In this document: piece after piece, positions 36,791 through 48,700 of the stretch
Layout: the number at the start of each line of letters is the position of its first letter
Numbering within the stretch: the stretch's first letter is position 1
Origin: Harriotta raleighana
Lineage: Eukaryota
DNA length: 64,000 bases
Direction: 5' to 3'
Assembly: GCA_050575255.1 (NCBI GenBank)
Contig: JBNZDD010013718.1
Coordinates: 8,486,579 to 8,550,578, forward strand
Made by a program: the position numbers and the translations under genes
The notes under the pieces: generated by a model
The model's input: only the letters and a program-made list of their open reading frames with translations
The model's database searches: none
Told to the model about the DNA's origin: nothing

Positions 36791-39700
36791 CCCATTCCAC
36801 AGTGATGCTATCAGCTCTAGCACAAAAGGTTGTGGGTTCAAAAACAACAAATAACATTTTCGCCCACACATATACAATCAATTCACTTTGCAGTATATTG
36901 CGTGAAGCGCTTTGAGACGACTAGAAGATATGAAAAGCGCTACATCACATGTAAGGATTATTATTATTACACGAGACTTTCACATCAGGAGGACGTCTCA
37001 AAGCACTGGACAGTAAGGGTATCAAACACAAAATTCTTGTTGAAAATATATTATAGTCATAATGAGCTGGTGGTTGGGATCGGGTTGTGGGGGGGGGGGG
37101 TGGGCGGGGAGAGTAGGTGGGTGACCGAAGGCACGGTTGAAGAGGAAGGTCTTGAGACAGGTCTTAAAGGAGGCAGAGGGTAGGGGGCGAGGTAGGGGGC
37201 GAGGCAGAGGGTAGGGGGCGAGGCAGAGGGTAGGGGGCGAGGCAGAGGGTAGGGGGCGAGGCAGAGGGTCGGCGGGATGGATTTCCACAGGATGAGGGTG
37301 GAGAGGCTGAAAGCACGCCCGCCCTCCTTCCAATGGTGGGGAGGTTGAGACGCGGGACGTGAAGCAGAACGGAGTCCGCTGAGCGGAGGGAGCCTCACAT
37401 TGACACTTGAGCTTGGATCTAGGCTGATGAGCTGGTGCTGGGGGATCTGGGGGTGTTCCAAGTCTTTAGGATCCGCTGTTAAATCTATTTAAGATCTCAT
37501 TGAATAACAATGGGCACATTGACATCCAAGAAGTGAAATTTGAAAAACGATAAAAACTGCACTGTGGGCGAATGTGGCAACTAATGTGTGATCTCAATGT
37601 AACAACAACAGCAACAACTCATATATTTATTTAATTTATATAGTGCCCCCCACGGAGGGGAGAGTCCCCGAGCTGGACGTTTCATCTCCTGCAATGAAAT
37701 GAATGACGAATAAATTAATTTGGGATGAGGGCAAATATCTGTCAGGATAGCCTAATTCTTCTTCCAAAAAGCACACAGAATCTGTTTGCTCATTTGAACA
37801 ATGGGATGGGATCTGATGTAATTTAACCTTGTGTACAGTGAAGTGTCCCCTCGGCATCGATGCCGATGAATTGATGCGATTGTAATACTTTATTTTCCTT
37901 TTGTGCCAGGTATCGCAGGACCTGCCTTTCCTTCACCCCAGCGAGATCAGTGTTTTAAACCGCCTGTGCAAATTAGGGACTGACTACATTCGTTTCACAG
38001 AATTTATTGAGCAGTATACCGTGAATGTACACCAACAGGTACTGGGTTGTGCTGTGAAATGTAATGTGTAGATTGTATGCACAGTCAGCCATGTCCTTCT
38101 CTATTCTATCGTAAAAGTGGATGAATCTACTTCCCAAAATAATATTTGAATTTACAATCTAACAATGAGGCTTAAAGTATATTTTGTGTTCCCAGAGAGT
38201 CATTATTGACCAAATCCCAAGATAGTTTTTAAAAAAATGTTTTGCGGATTGCAATTGTTTATATTTGGAACCAGTTGAAGACTGATTAACACACATCTAT
38301 GATTCCTACTGTCAGACTGCAGAACCATCAATTGTCAAGTTAACAATATATTGAGAGCAGTCCTGTACAGGAAAATACTCAGAATGTCAAGACTAATTTA
38401 CGATAAGCCATTTGAACCATATTGGTGTCACTGTTGTGCTTTTCCAAGTGTGACATGAATGCACAGTCAAATTGCTATGTGTGTAGGCTGAAACTTGACA
38501 CAAAGCTTTGTTTTATTTTCCTCTGTTTCTACATAGGTTTTCTTAATGTGTGCAAATAATCGAATTTCATCAAGATTGTCATTCTTATCGATAAATACCC
38601 ATAAAACCAATGCAATTCAATAACAAATTTAACAGGATTGTTATAATATAGGATAAGATTAGAAGTTGGTGACTTGTTAACAGAGGGCAATAGCATTCAA
38701 GTTGAGGGTTACTAATGAGATTCTGCTCTTTATTTCACCAGGAACATCACCCCTCCCAGGCAAGGCAGTCTGGATTGCATGGAATTTACCTTCGTGCATT
38801 CTGCACTGGGTTAGACTCCATGTTGCAGTCCTACAGACAGGCACTTCTCGACCTTGAACAGGAGGTATGGTCTTCGAGAATTAACTTTTATCATAGAAAT
38901 GTAGTCTCAGGAAGAGTCAGTGCTTTAAAATGAATGTGTGCTTTAGTTTGGAGAAATAATGATTTGCATTAAATGTTTAATATCCATCAGTTCATCCACA
39001 AAATATGCCACAGGACACCACCTGAGATTAAATGCTTCCCAGATCCTCCTATAGGCAATGTATACAGTTTAAATATTGCAACCTGCATTTCTTTTTGTTT
39101 GATGTTTTTTCCACCCTTCGCTCTTTCAGTGAAAAGATTAGTATTATTAAAACCTTTGAGTCTGTTTTGCATTGTTTAAATAAATCTGCACTGTTCTAAT
39201 ATACTGATCAGTGCCAAACGCCCTGGGTGTACCAGTCATATCATTGGTGTATCATTTAACATCAATAGCATTTGTATATACCCTAGTGCTATTCACTGGG
39301 TGCGTTTGGGTTGCTATTATTGTAAAATTAAAAAACGTTTTTTCTTCTCTCTGGTTTCAGTTCTTGGCCGACTCGCATCTCTCGGTCTCGCATGTCAATT
39401 ATTCCTTGGATCAGGTAAGGTTGTATTGCACTGCATTGAATATTTTTATATCAATTACGTCATTTGGTTTGAAGAAGTAACTACCTCTAGGAGGAAGGGG
39501 AATATATAAGATCTGCAGCACTCCTTGGAGAAGGTGAAGAAAGTGAGCTCCTAAAGAATATATTTGAATTTGTTTTCAAAGGTATATGCAGATGTATGCT
39601 TGTGAGGACGTTTTATGTTTTCACTTTTCAGTATAATCTGTGAAGCGCTTTGAAACATCTAGAGGATGTGAAAAGCGCTGTATCAAATGCAAGGATTATT

Positions 39701-42700
39701 ATTATACACAAGGACCTTTTCAAACAGTGCAACAAGCATTAAATTGGTTCTGGCAGACTCAGGTGGGGAGTTTTCACTGTAAAGGCATCCTTTAGGAGAG
39801 ACCAATTCACAGCTAAAATTAAGCTTTGTGATTACAAAGGCTTTTGTATTGTGCGGTTTAGATTCAGGAGAAGAGCAGCTCAACATTTGATGTATTTTTG
39901 TTAGGTTGAAATGAAATTGTGGCCGTAAATTGGAAGTCTTACTCCGAGGGTCCACAGGATGGCTATTCTGAAATACCACACAGTTGCAGCATCACAGTTA
40001 CATTTGGAGCAGAACTGTGGGATAATGTGCCTTGGAAGCACATGATGCTATAACAATATTGCAGAAATTAAGAAAGAAAAACTTATAAAGAGATTATATC
40101 AAAGGCTTCTCCATCCCAGCGAACTAGCCGCTTCTTTTGCTCAGCAGGCATCAGCTGATTCATATCCCCTGCCCTATCTGCCCCACTATTGGGGGATTCA
40201 GCCTTTCTGTTCTGACTCTCTGGGACTCCATTTCAGAGTCTCTCCAACTTGCTCGTCTGCAACCTTTTTGATCCCACTTTTAGTCACCTTTACTCTCCCA
40301 TCCAACTTAATTCCCGCCCCCAGTTCAGGTACCCAGTCAGCTTTATTAGATGCTTTGGAACATCCTTGTGAAAGGTTCTCTATAAATGTAATTTTTTACA
40401 TGTAATTAAAGCCTTTGGCAAGTATTGGAAAATTACTGCTTCACTGTTCTGTGCTGAGTTAGCTGATCCAATAGTAAATATTGCATTAAGTTAATAGTGC
40501 ATCAGATGTATGAACTTGCATAAGATGTATAAACATGTATAAACTTGTAATGTGCTGAGTATCTTTAATTCTGTTCTTGGGAGCCATAAAATAAAATTTG
40601 GTTAATTATATTGTGCTGTGCCACAGCCTGGTAGGATATTGATTGAGGTCCTTAACAATCCACGATTGTTTGTGGGACACTGCTGTGTGCAATTGGCTGC
40701 TGCATTTCGACCACAAGTATACAGTCAATTCACTTTACAATATATTCTGTGAAGCACTTTGAGATGTCGATAAGATATGAAAAGCACTATATCAAATGCA
40801 AGGATTATTATTATCTCAGTCAGGGGAGCAATTCGGGACAATACAAATAAACTTGGTGCTAGTTGTGAGGGCAATAAATGAATCATGCATTTCCTTTTTA
40901 CTATGCCATGTGTTCAATAATCTGTTTTCATACTGAAAGGTAAAGATGTGGGGAGGTTCAGTCAATTAGTTTTAAGTTTTTGTGTTGTGGTACAATATTG
41001 ACCTTCTGTTATGCCTGTCACATTTTATTCCTAGTTTCAGCTGCTGTTCCCATCTGTTATGGTGGTGGTTGAACAAATTAAGTCACAAAAGGTAAGAGTT
41101 CCATTGTGTCTGAGCCAATTTGGAAACCACGCTAACTTGTGCTTTGTCTTGGATCTTTTTGCCTCTTTTGTCATTTTATTTGAAGTTCAAGCAATGGGTT
41201 TGATTCCCAAGCAGGGCAAATCCTTAATTACGGCACAGTTAGCCTCCGTGATTCACCCACAAAATATACAGCCAATTCACTTTATAGTATATTCTGTGAA
41301 GTGCTTTGAGACATCTCAAAGACATGATAAGCATTTGTTGAGGGGAGAAAGGAACTTCTTCAGATTCTGTGTATGTTGTTGCATACTTAGTCACATTTTA
41401 TTTCCTATTTTCAATCTGTATTCAAATTTTCTTTTAATTTCTAAAAGTATTTACAGAAATTATTTGAAAACTCATATTAAAATGAAGAATTTTCCAAAGT
41501 CTGGATTTTCTGAAATGCCAGGAAATCTAATAAATCTAGACTCAGGTTGAATCCATACCCATTTGTGTCTAGAAATAATCTGTTTCATGAAATTGCAAAC
41601 AGTATTTTCTGTGTAATTTAGCTCAAATCAGAATTGTATAATGTTAATGAATAGTGAGGCTGATATATTTCTATGCTGTTTCTTTGTAATGTGGCTCATT
41701 TTATCATTCTTTAGATTTAATATAATAGAATACATTATTACAATGATATTTTATTAAAAAATCAATCCCTACTTCATCACTGTGCATTGCTGTTGGTCTA
41801 CAGTTATTCAAGGCTGCAACAAAGCTGGATACTCACTGCAGTGGAAACCATGACAAATAACCTGCAGTGAATCATTTCACACAGAGCTGCTTTTCAGAAG
41901 CGCTTTCTGCTTTGCGCTTTGAGACGTCTAGATGACGTGAAAAGAACTATATCAAATGCAAGGATTATTATTATTTATTATAGATATGTTTGAAAATAAT
42001 AATTTTAAATAAGTTACATTTTATTTAAAGAAAACTTAAAATTCTAACGTACTTTTCAAATCAAGTGTCTCATTCCAATTTTACAGTAATGACAGCTTAT
42101 GACTCATAGTTTCTGCAAGCATTTTGCAGATCAGCAAATTCACACAAATAGTCATGAGATAATTCACCCAATTTATTTGGAAGATTGTTAGCCAGGATAC
42201 TGGGATGTTTAACATCCACCCAAGAAACTGGGAAATAGGACCTTGGATTTAATGTCTCATTTGAAGACCAGTACCTCTGAGAATGTCCTCAGTCCTCAGA
42301 TTTGCGTTGGGGTCTAAACCCCCTCCCCCATCCCCCAGCCACCCACAGCCTGGGTACAAAAACCCAATCAATTTCTGGATTAGATGAGTTAACACTGTGT
42401 TAATTTGGTTATAAAAATTAGAACTTAGAAAAGTGAATACAATAATTCAATAGAGAAGCGAGTTTGAATTCTGAGCCAAAATAAAGGATATGAGCCTGAT
42501 TTTTGTCACTCTAATTTATATTGTACATATTTTGTTTGTGTTTAGATACATGGCTGTCAACTCCTGGAAACTGTTCACAAATACAGCTGTGGAGGTCTTC
42601 CCCCAGTCCGTAGTGCACTAGAGAAGTACGTAACTATTCAGTGTAGTCAATCTCTAACTGCTAACTAACACCACCTTTATTTTGGATGCACATTTCTAAT

Positions 42701-45700
42701 ATAATTTTCCATTCTGAATGTGTAACAACAACTTTCACATAGGTTGAATCTCTCAAAGTGCTTTCACAAAGAGATTGAGAATGCCAGAACAGGTAGGAAA
42801 GGAGGGAGAATTTGAGTGTTGACCAAAGGCAAAGTCAAAAACCTAGGTTTTTAAGGGGATTGAAGGTACCAGACAAAAAAGATTTTAGGAGAGGGTTCAA
42901 CAAGATGGAGCACAGCGACCATCAAAGGTGGAACACAGCGAGGATGGAGAGGTAGACCAGAGTCAAAAGAGTGGAGGAGATTGCAAAGGGAGTGTGAACT
43001 AGATAATGAAGGGGAGATTACTAGTGTTTGTTATATGGAAGTTCCCACAGTTTACAATCCTCACACTAATCTACAAATCCCTTCATGCCCTGGCATCTCC
43101 GTACATCTCTGACCTGCCTACTCTGCATTAAACCACCTCTGTTCAGTTGATTCCAGCTTCCCTTAGTACTTCTGCTCCACCATCAGTGGCCATGCTTTCA
43201 GCCACTTTGCTCTTAAACTTTAGAATCTCTTGATCACAAAATGTACAATCAGCTCATTTTTCAGTTTACTCTGTGAAGCGCTTTGAGAAATCTCAAAACC
43301 ATGATAAGGCACTATATCAAATGCAAGGATTATTATTAAGCCTCTGGTGATTGGCTGCAGAATCTTGGCAGTGTGTCATGGCGTCTTCTACAAGCAGCTG
43401 TCAGCCTGGATGTTGCATGGACTGTTACTGGACCGATATGAGGAGTTCTTTATCAAACAAGGACCTTCGTCCGGGAATGTGAACGTGCAGCCAGAGGAGG
43501 AAGAGGAAGAAGATCTTGGAATCCGAGGCTTAACTGGGAAGCAGTTACGAGAGCTACAAGACCTGGTAAGAACCAAGACTGCATTGAGTGCAATACAATG
43601 TCATAAAGCAGTGCTGGCAAATAAACTCTTAGCAAAACTGCTTGGATGTGCAAAGTAAAAAGGCAATTAATGTTACTGGGCACACATTCCAACAGAAAAC
43701 GGGTGTTTGCACAATTTCATCTGGATTGGGTCTATTTTAACCCAGTTCCTACTTTCAACCACAGTGCTGTACTGTCGTGGCACTGAGCAGAGTCCATGGA
43801 GAAATAAGATGGGGACATGAGGTGTTGCCAGGCTATTGTTGATTACCTTCCAGCAGCTGACTCATGGTAGCAGTGATATTACCCCAATAAGTCCTGGCTC
43901 AGAAATGCTGGGTAAGACGCAGAGAATCATACCTTTGTAAATTCTGATAACCCTTACAGTTGATATTAGCATCTTTTCACATCAAGAGGACCTGCCAAAG
44001 TGTTTCAGAATATACTGTAAAGAGGAGCGATTATATTATCATGTACTTTTATTTGTAAAGTATACTGTTCCAGTATAATCTGTGTCATTTTTGGTCGATG
44101 CCAATGAATTCGCAATATCAGTGCCACTTTCATTTAAACATGAAATCACTTCCAAGTAATTACTCACTTTCATTTCCTTTAGTTTATTTCTGTCTCACCA
44201 GCATAATGCTTAAAATACTTCAGTCAGTGCATCAGCAGTTGTGGTTCAAGAGATGTTATTGAATCAGACAGGGTGGAAGAAGTGAATTAATCTCCACTGC
44301 TGTAGCTGTAGCACCCCTGGCTTAAATAAAAGTGTCGCTTTTGATGTTTGTTCCACTCACTCAAAGCAGTCCCTCCAAGCTAATTTGTCGTACGTCATCA
44401 CTATTCATAATGACATAATTCATAAATATTTCAACAACTGAATGATGTGGTGGATTAAGAATAATATGATAAAAATAAGTATATCCGTTCCATTGTGGGA
44501 CCTAAGATAGAAACCAATTAATAATTAAATTAATCGAATGCAAGTCTATTGGCTGACAGAATCCACTAAGCATGATCAAAGAGCACAAAAACACCAGTTA
44601 TTTGGCACTAAAAATTGTTTGGTTCACTTGGGTCAAAAGTGGTTGGGCAGGAAGAGAAAACGTTTTTGCTGGTTGTGGTAGAGGGAGCATTGCTTTGCAT
44701 CTGGTTCTGTCAGAAGAAGGTCGATCCTAACTTGTGAAAATGATTCCATTTCGCGGCACCAACATACTTGCTGTGAGTCCATACTCAACATAAATAAAAG
44801 TACCATATAACAGTTGTCAATACTTCCTTGTAACTTTACTGGTGTGCAGTTGCTCAGTCAGTGGAAATTTCTACATTATTTTCCTTTCCAAACAGCACCA
44901 GTCATTTGTGAGCCTTGGCTTGTATGTCAACTGGGTATTTGATTACATTTTGAGTTTGTAGAGATTTTTTCTATATAGCGAACAATACACAAGCAATTTA
45001 AGTTATCAAGCTGGTTGTATAGTATATCTGCAGTATTATATACATATTTGAATTGTAATATTGAGATTTTAAAAACATTTAACCAAGTATTCCGTGCAAA
45101 TACTTGCACTGATTGCTGACATGTGTTTTATTATTTATCCCAGCGTTTAATTGAAGAGGAGAACATGCTGGCTACATCCTTGAAGCAGTTCTCACTGCGT
45201 GCGGAGATGCTCCCCTCATACCTGCCTGTGAGGGTCGCAGAGAAGATCTTGTTTGTCGGGGAGTCTGTGCAGATGTTTGAGAATCAGAATGTAAATTGTC
45301 CACGTGCAGGTAATGCTCCTTTCATGGGTAATCAGGGTTTGCTGCATTGTTGGGGGTGAAGTCTTTCTAAAGATAATAATAATCCTTGCATTTTGATATA
45401 GCGCTTTTCACATCTTATCGACTTCCCAAAGCGCTTCACAGAATATACTGTAAAGTGAATTGACTGTATATTTGTGGGCGGAACGCGGCAGCCAATTGCA
45501 CAGCAGTGTCCCACAAACAGTCATGGATTGAAATGACCAATTTTATTATTGTGGTTTTTTTGGAGGGATTATTATTAGGCATTTGGAGTAAGGAAACTTG
45601 CCCATGGTTTCGCCCTGATCTGCCTGGATTCGAACACAGGTCTCATGCTTGTAAGGCGAGTGCTCTAGCCACTGAGCCACGGGAGCTCCACAATGATGCA

Positions 45701-48700
45701 TTATACCAAGATCCAATTGTACCAAATCCAGGACTGAACTCAAAAGTTGTAGGACTATCTTTGCATGGACCAATATTAGGTGGCTAAAATTCCCAACTAT
45801 AAATCCTATCATGGTGATCTCCAAGTCTTACTAACTTTTATAACTCATGAAGAGTTTTCCAGTGGCTACATTAACGCTGTTTTACTCAATCCTGTCAGGG
45901 TTGGCAGAGTTTAAATCTGAGAGCTGGTTTTGATGTACAGTAAAACCCTATTTATCCGGCACCCAAGGGACCTGGGCAGTGGCGGTTATATGGTTTTCCG
46001 GTTGAAGGTTTTTAAAAAAAAAAATTGTGATCTGCAGGATCTATTCTGAAAAGCCAAGAGGATATATACGCAGCAGAACTTCATGTGCTCAAACAGCAAC
46101 CCCTGTTCAGTCTGGTGGATTTTGAAAATCTGATGGATCGCATCCGAAGCACAGTTGCTGAGGTAAGGAATACCAGACCCAGCATTAAACCCTGAAGTTT
46201 TTTCAACCTCTTTCGAGCTACATCAGTGAGAGTGAATAGGTCTTAGCACTGCTGGGAACAAGCGGGGAATATTCTCTACCAAATTATATGGGATCATTTT
46301 TGCTCTAATCTACCTGTATATATCATAGAACTGTTGATGCATTTAACCTGTGCCCTCTCTAACTCCTGTTTGTATAGAAAAACAATTAGTATACAGTACT
46401 TGACAATAATTTGATAATACTGTACTACAGGTTCCATAATATTTGAATTTCTATATACCTGTAGTATAATCTGTGAAGCGCTTTTGAGACGTCTAGAAGA
46501 TGTGAAAAGCGCTATATCAAATGCAAGAATTATTATTATTTCTTCTACTGTGGGTACAGTTGGTACTTTGGTTGGATAAGACCAAAATGGGCCAAAGGGC
46601 TGTTTTCATTCATACCTTTCCTGTGATATATTTTTTAATTTGAATAATCTTGTGTTTAAATGTGTTTAAACCAGCATCTGTGGAAGCTGATGGTGAACGA
46701 GGCAGACCTGCTGGGACAGCTCAAGGTGAGAGTGACTAATAAAGCAATAAACACTGAATAATTTATTAATTTCCGGCTTCCATTTTCTTTTCACGCAAGC
46801 TGTGTATTATTATACTGTAACTGATCAAAGCTGCAGCTTCACTGGTGAACTCGCCATGTACAGAGACGTCTAATGTTTTTTTCAGGTAACAAGGTTGGCA
46901 CCTGTTACACTGAGTGTTTATTTCAATACTGAGGGATATTAAGGACTGGGATTAGTTCCCTTCTTTTCCCAAATTTATCTAAGTTTTTTTTTATCTCTGA
47001 CATTATTAATTTAACATTTTCCATACTAACTAAAGTAAAGATAATCTAATGAAGAGATTAACACTGAACATTGTTGGATGAGCCCTTGTACTCTTTTGCA
47101 GGTAATCAAAGATTTCTATTTGCTTGGTCGAGGAGAGCTCTTTCAGGCTTTCTTAGACAGCGCCCAGCATTTACTGAAGACACCACCAACAGCAGTCACC
47201 GAACACGGTAAGGTGTAATGTTTAATCTGTGGGTAGAGGGGGTTTGCAGCTGAATGTGGACCAAACGGAAGCCATTCTCCGTGGTTTCACTCCCGTTACC
47301 GTCTTCAGTCAAGCGGATCTAAACTCCTCAACCTCCCTGGGCTCCCCTTCACAATCACCAAACCAGTGTGCAATCTAAGCATCCGATTCGACCCCCATCT
47401 GTGCTTCCTCTTCTACATCCGGTCCCTGACCAGGACCACCTTCTTCCACTTCTGCCACATCGCCCGCTTCCGACCATACCTTACCCCAAATGTAGCAGAA
47501 GCCCTTGTGCATGCGTTTATCACCTCCCGCCTGGATTACTGACTCACACTTCTCGCTGGACTCCCCAGCTCCACTATTCAAAAGATTCTAGCACATTCAG
47601 AACTCTGCTGCCTGTATACTAACCCGGACCAAACCCTATACACACATCTCACTAGTTCTGGCCAGGCTCCACTGGCTCCGCATCACAGAACAAATCAACA
47701 TCAAGATTGTCACACTTTTGTTCAAATCCCTTCACTCTTTGATACCTCCCTAACTCTCTGACCTCCCCACTGCCCAATCCTCCACCCTCTGCTTGACTGG
47801 CACCGGCCTCCTTCTCATCCCTCACACCCTCCGTCCCACTATCGGAGGTTGGCCTCATACACGCTCACTGTGTATCTAAAATAATCACCTCCTTGAATAT
47901 ATTATACAATATTACACAAACCAATACACACTGAATATTTTATGTGATATGCTGTATGTTAGATGTCCCCATTTTTACTGTACTGTTAACTCCCCAACTG
48001 CAGAATTGAAGGAAGTGCTGTTTTTGATGCTACGAGGAAAGGTTTGGATTAATTTGTTTCTCTCCACCACATTAGATGTCAATGTAGCATTTCAAAAGTC
48101 TGCTCACAAAGTCCTTTTGGATGATGACAATCTTCTCCCGCTCTTGCACCTTACTATCGATTACCATGGGAAGGACCACAAAGGTAAGGAAAGAGATGCA
48201 ACTGTTACATACTATTCGGGTTAATCTTTATTATCTAACTGATGATTTAGTAGGGAAAAGCAGTCCCAGGCAGAAGTGAAAGCTACAATGTCCTTGGCAA
48301 CAAGGGTTAAAGAGGGAACATAAAGATCAGCCTCTTGAGCGTTACGGGAAATGTTAGTGAGTTGCTGGGTTGGGGAGAAGTGCCCTGGTTTGAGGGGAGG
48401 ACGTAGAGGGAGAATCAGTATTTGGCTGGGACTTGAGCTGCTCTGCACATACTAAACAGGTCTGGTCTGAGTCGCAGATAGAACTGATGATGAGCATAAT
48501 CTTTCCAGACTGGGCTGGATTACTCAAGCACCGGGAACCAGAGAGAATCTGTTGGTTTGGGCTAATTTTAAATTTCTGAGAATAATAACAAGTTTTAGCA
48601 AGAAACTTTCAATGTGTTTATAATGTCATTGTATTATTTTTTCTGAATTTACCATTACTTTCCTTCTTTTCCCACCTCCCTCTTCTCCCCACCACCCTGC

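Noticed and set aside
45620-45688. tRNA-like sequence with A and B boxes and a TAC anticodon-like loop; similar heads at about 3800-3865 and 8870-8928
   Set aside because: It is the head of a SINE, continuous with the Deu core and L2-like tail, not a standalone tRNA gene.
47100-47107. AG|GT junctions at the start of TUBGCP4 exons 2, 11, 15 and 16 resembling recursive splice sites
   Set aside because: Explained by Val codons at exon starts; the introns are short and there is no evidence of recursive splicing.
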